From: Octopus sinensis
Lineage: Eukaryota
DNA length: 64,000 nucleotides
Direction of reading: 5' to 3'
NCBI RefSeq assembly: GCF_006345805.1
Contig: NC_043006.1
Location: forward strand, 8,432,001-8,496,000
Shown here: positions 61,852 through 64,000 of the stretch, piece after piece
Numbering within the stretch: position 1 is the stretch's first letter
Layout: every line of letters starts with the position of its first letter
Made by a program: the position numbers and the translations under genes
The notes under the pieces: generated by a model
Database searches by the model: none
What the model was told of the DNA's origin: nothing
Seen by the model: the letters and a program-made list of their open reading frames with translations, nothing else

Positions 61852-62902
61852 TTTTTGTGTGTTTATGTGTGTGTGTAAGTGTATATGCACGTATATATAT
61901 ATATTTAGTAAATGAATATATATGGTATATGTATATTAAATGTATGATTGATTTATGGATTGAAGTTCTACAAATCCAATCATATTTGTCAATAATGGAG
62001 ATATAAGAATTTTATTCATGTATACGATCGTTTCGTACGTAGATATAAAATCATTTTAGAATTTTCAAAATGTCCTTATACTCATCAGTGCAGATAAAAT
62101 ATAATAAGAACTTTAGAGAAAGAAGCAGAGAAATCGGATGTATGGGTTTCATGTTAATCTGTACCTATCTATGTGTGATTATGAAGGAAGTTATATCAAT
62201 TATTAAACCGCAAATACTAGATGAAAGGTTAGGAGATGATATAAATATAGAGGTATCGATAACTCTATCTCTCTCTATCTGCCTATAGATTAGTTTAGAT
62301 TTGCTAATCAAATCTCCATATATGAAGCACAGAGTGATTTATTTAGAGGAAGATCCAATGAGAATGATCCCTAATGTAAACTAAATCTAACCGTAGAAAA
62401 CAATACTTGGAATATTTTTTTTATATAAAAAATCATAAACAGATGACGGAAGTTTAGCGTAAAAAATTACATTTGTAAAGTTTATACCAGAAAGTTAATG
62501 TAGGCATTTATGAAAATATGGTGGGAGGAGTGGAATTGAAAAGAATGAAGTTGATGTGGATAAAGGAATCTTGTCTACTAAAGATGCATAATAAGGTAGC
62601 ATGGAAGTATAATAAAGGAGATAAAGGGGGAAATTTGAGGATTAAGGTTGTATTATACTTACGAAATCTATTGTTAAGGAGAGAGATGTGGTAAGAAAAG
62701 AAATATAGAAGCGATAAGGAAAATAAATTAGAGAGAGTGAAAAGGAAACGAAATTATCTTAGTGTAGGGCAGATAAATACGAAGAAAAAATATTATTGAT
62801 CAAGTATGGGATGTGATGAGGGAAGTGGATGTTAAAAATAAAAGAGAGATTAATGATAAATGTATTGAATGTGTAGGATAATGTTATACAAAAGGAATAT
62901 TT

Positions 62903-62936
<34 letters not shown>

Positions 62937-63494
62937 AAATTACGCCAAAAGTTTTTTTCTTTTTACATACTATGTAAGAAGGATACGGTACGGCTATATA
63001 TTCACGTTATAGTATATGTATATATATGTGTGTGTGTATGCACTTGTGTGTGTGTGTGTGTGTGGTGTGTGTGTGTACTTGTGTGAGTGTATAAAATTGA
63101 CATTCATGAGTTTTTTAATTTTTAATCAAGAAGACATTTGTGCATGTATTGACACTGGATGGATGAAAGCTGAATATTTGTACTGGATTTGAAAGATTAG
63201 AACTAAAAACGATTACTTTTCACAGGCACTCTATTCATTCAACTACACACCGCTCTGTATAAAATCATTAAGAATATGAGTAACGACACGGAAAGATTTT
63301 CAAGGTTAAAACAGGCAAATAATTTCGGTTACAATAAAATTGTATTTCCCTATGAGTGACGCTTATTACTCGGCAGTATAGTAAAGAGTAAGAGGACTGG
63401 AAAGAAAATTGGTACTTTGTTAAAAAAAATGTATATTTATAACTAAATGGGACAATTTTCGAATAGTGTTGCATAGATATAAAGAAAGTGACCT

Positions 63495-63593
63495 GTATAC
63501 ATACATACATACATACATACATACATACATACATACATACATACATACATACATACATACATACATACATACATACATACATACATACATACA

Positions 63594-63620
<27 letters not shown>
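63495..63620. repeat. (TACA)n microsatellite
   Basis: Direct reading. Confidence 0.97.
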
Positions 63621-63629
<9 letters not shown>

Positions 63630-63768
63630 TACATATAGATATATATATGTATATAAATATAGATATATATATATACATATATATATGTACATATATATAT
63701 ATATACGTATGCTGCTTATATATATTCATATATTTTCCCCCAACTTGTTTCACATTTATGTACTTATT

Positions 63769-63808
<40 letters not shown>

Positions 63809-64000
63809 CATATATATATGTATATAATATATATATATATTATATATATATATATTATATATAATATATATATATATATATATACGCATTCATATGCATA
63901 AATTTATATAGATATAAATCAGCATCAGTTTATTTGTATACATATAGAAATGTACAGATTAATGTAGCCATCGATCTGTATGTATATATGTATATATATA

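Overview
AT-rich, microsatellite-dense eukaryotic DNA with no intact protein-coding gene that I can support; almost all listed ORFs are translated microsatellites or transposon debris. The repeat repertoire strongly suggests a coleoid cephalopod, probably Octopus (inference). Contents: three tRNA-headed SINE families (labelled A, B, E here); decayed CR1-, RTE-, R4/Dong-, L1/Tx1- and Penelope-type retroelements; two mariner relics; five copies of a ~400-bp non-autonomous Helitron; a ~560-bp (TTA)n-embedded element (labelled F); and at least six foldback/MITE-like hairpins. Most notable: (1) a dispersed set of Penelope-terminal-repeat-like mini-elements carrying minimal type I hammerhead ribozyme folds, most with a CUGUUGA core variant; (2) a Penelope whose GIY-YIG motif is split by a ~190-codon Asn/Ser-rich insert; (3) two SINE-LINE 3'-tail partnerships visible inside the window; (4) a paralogous non-coding block ending in ATGACA|GTAAGT 17.3 kb apart; (5) two possible, heavily decayed class A GPCR pseudogenes. 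All calls are by eye; no database searches were run and boundaries are approximate unless stated.
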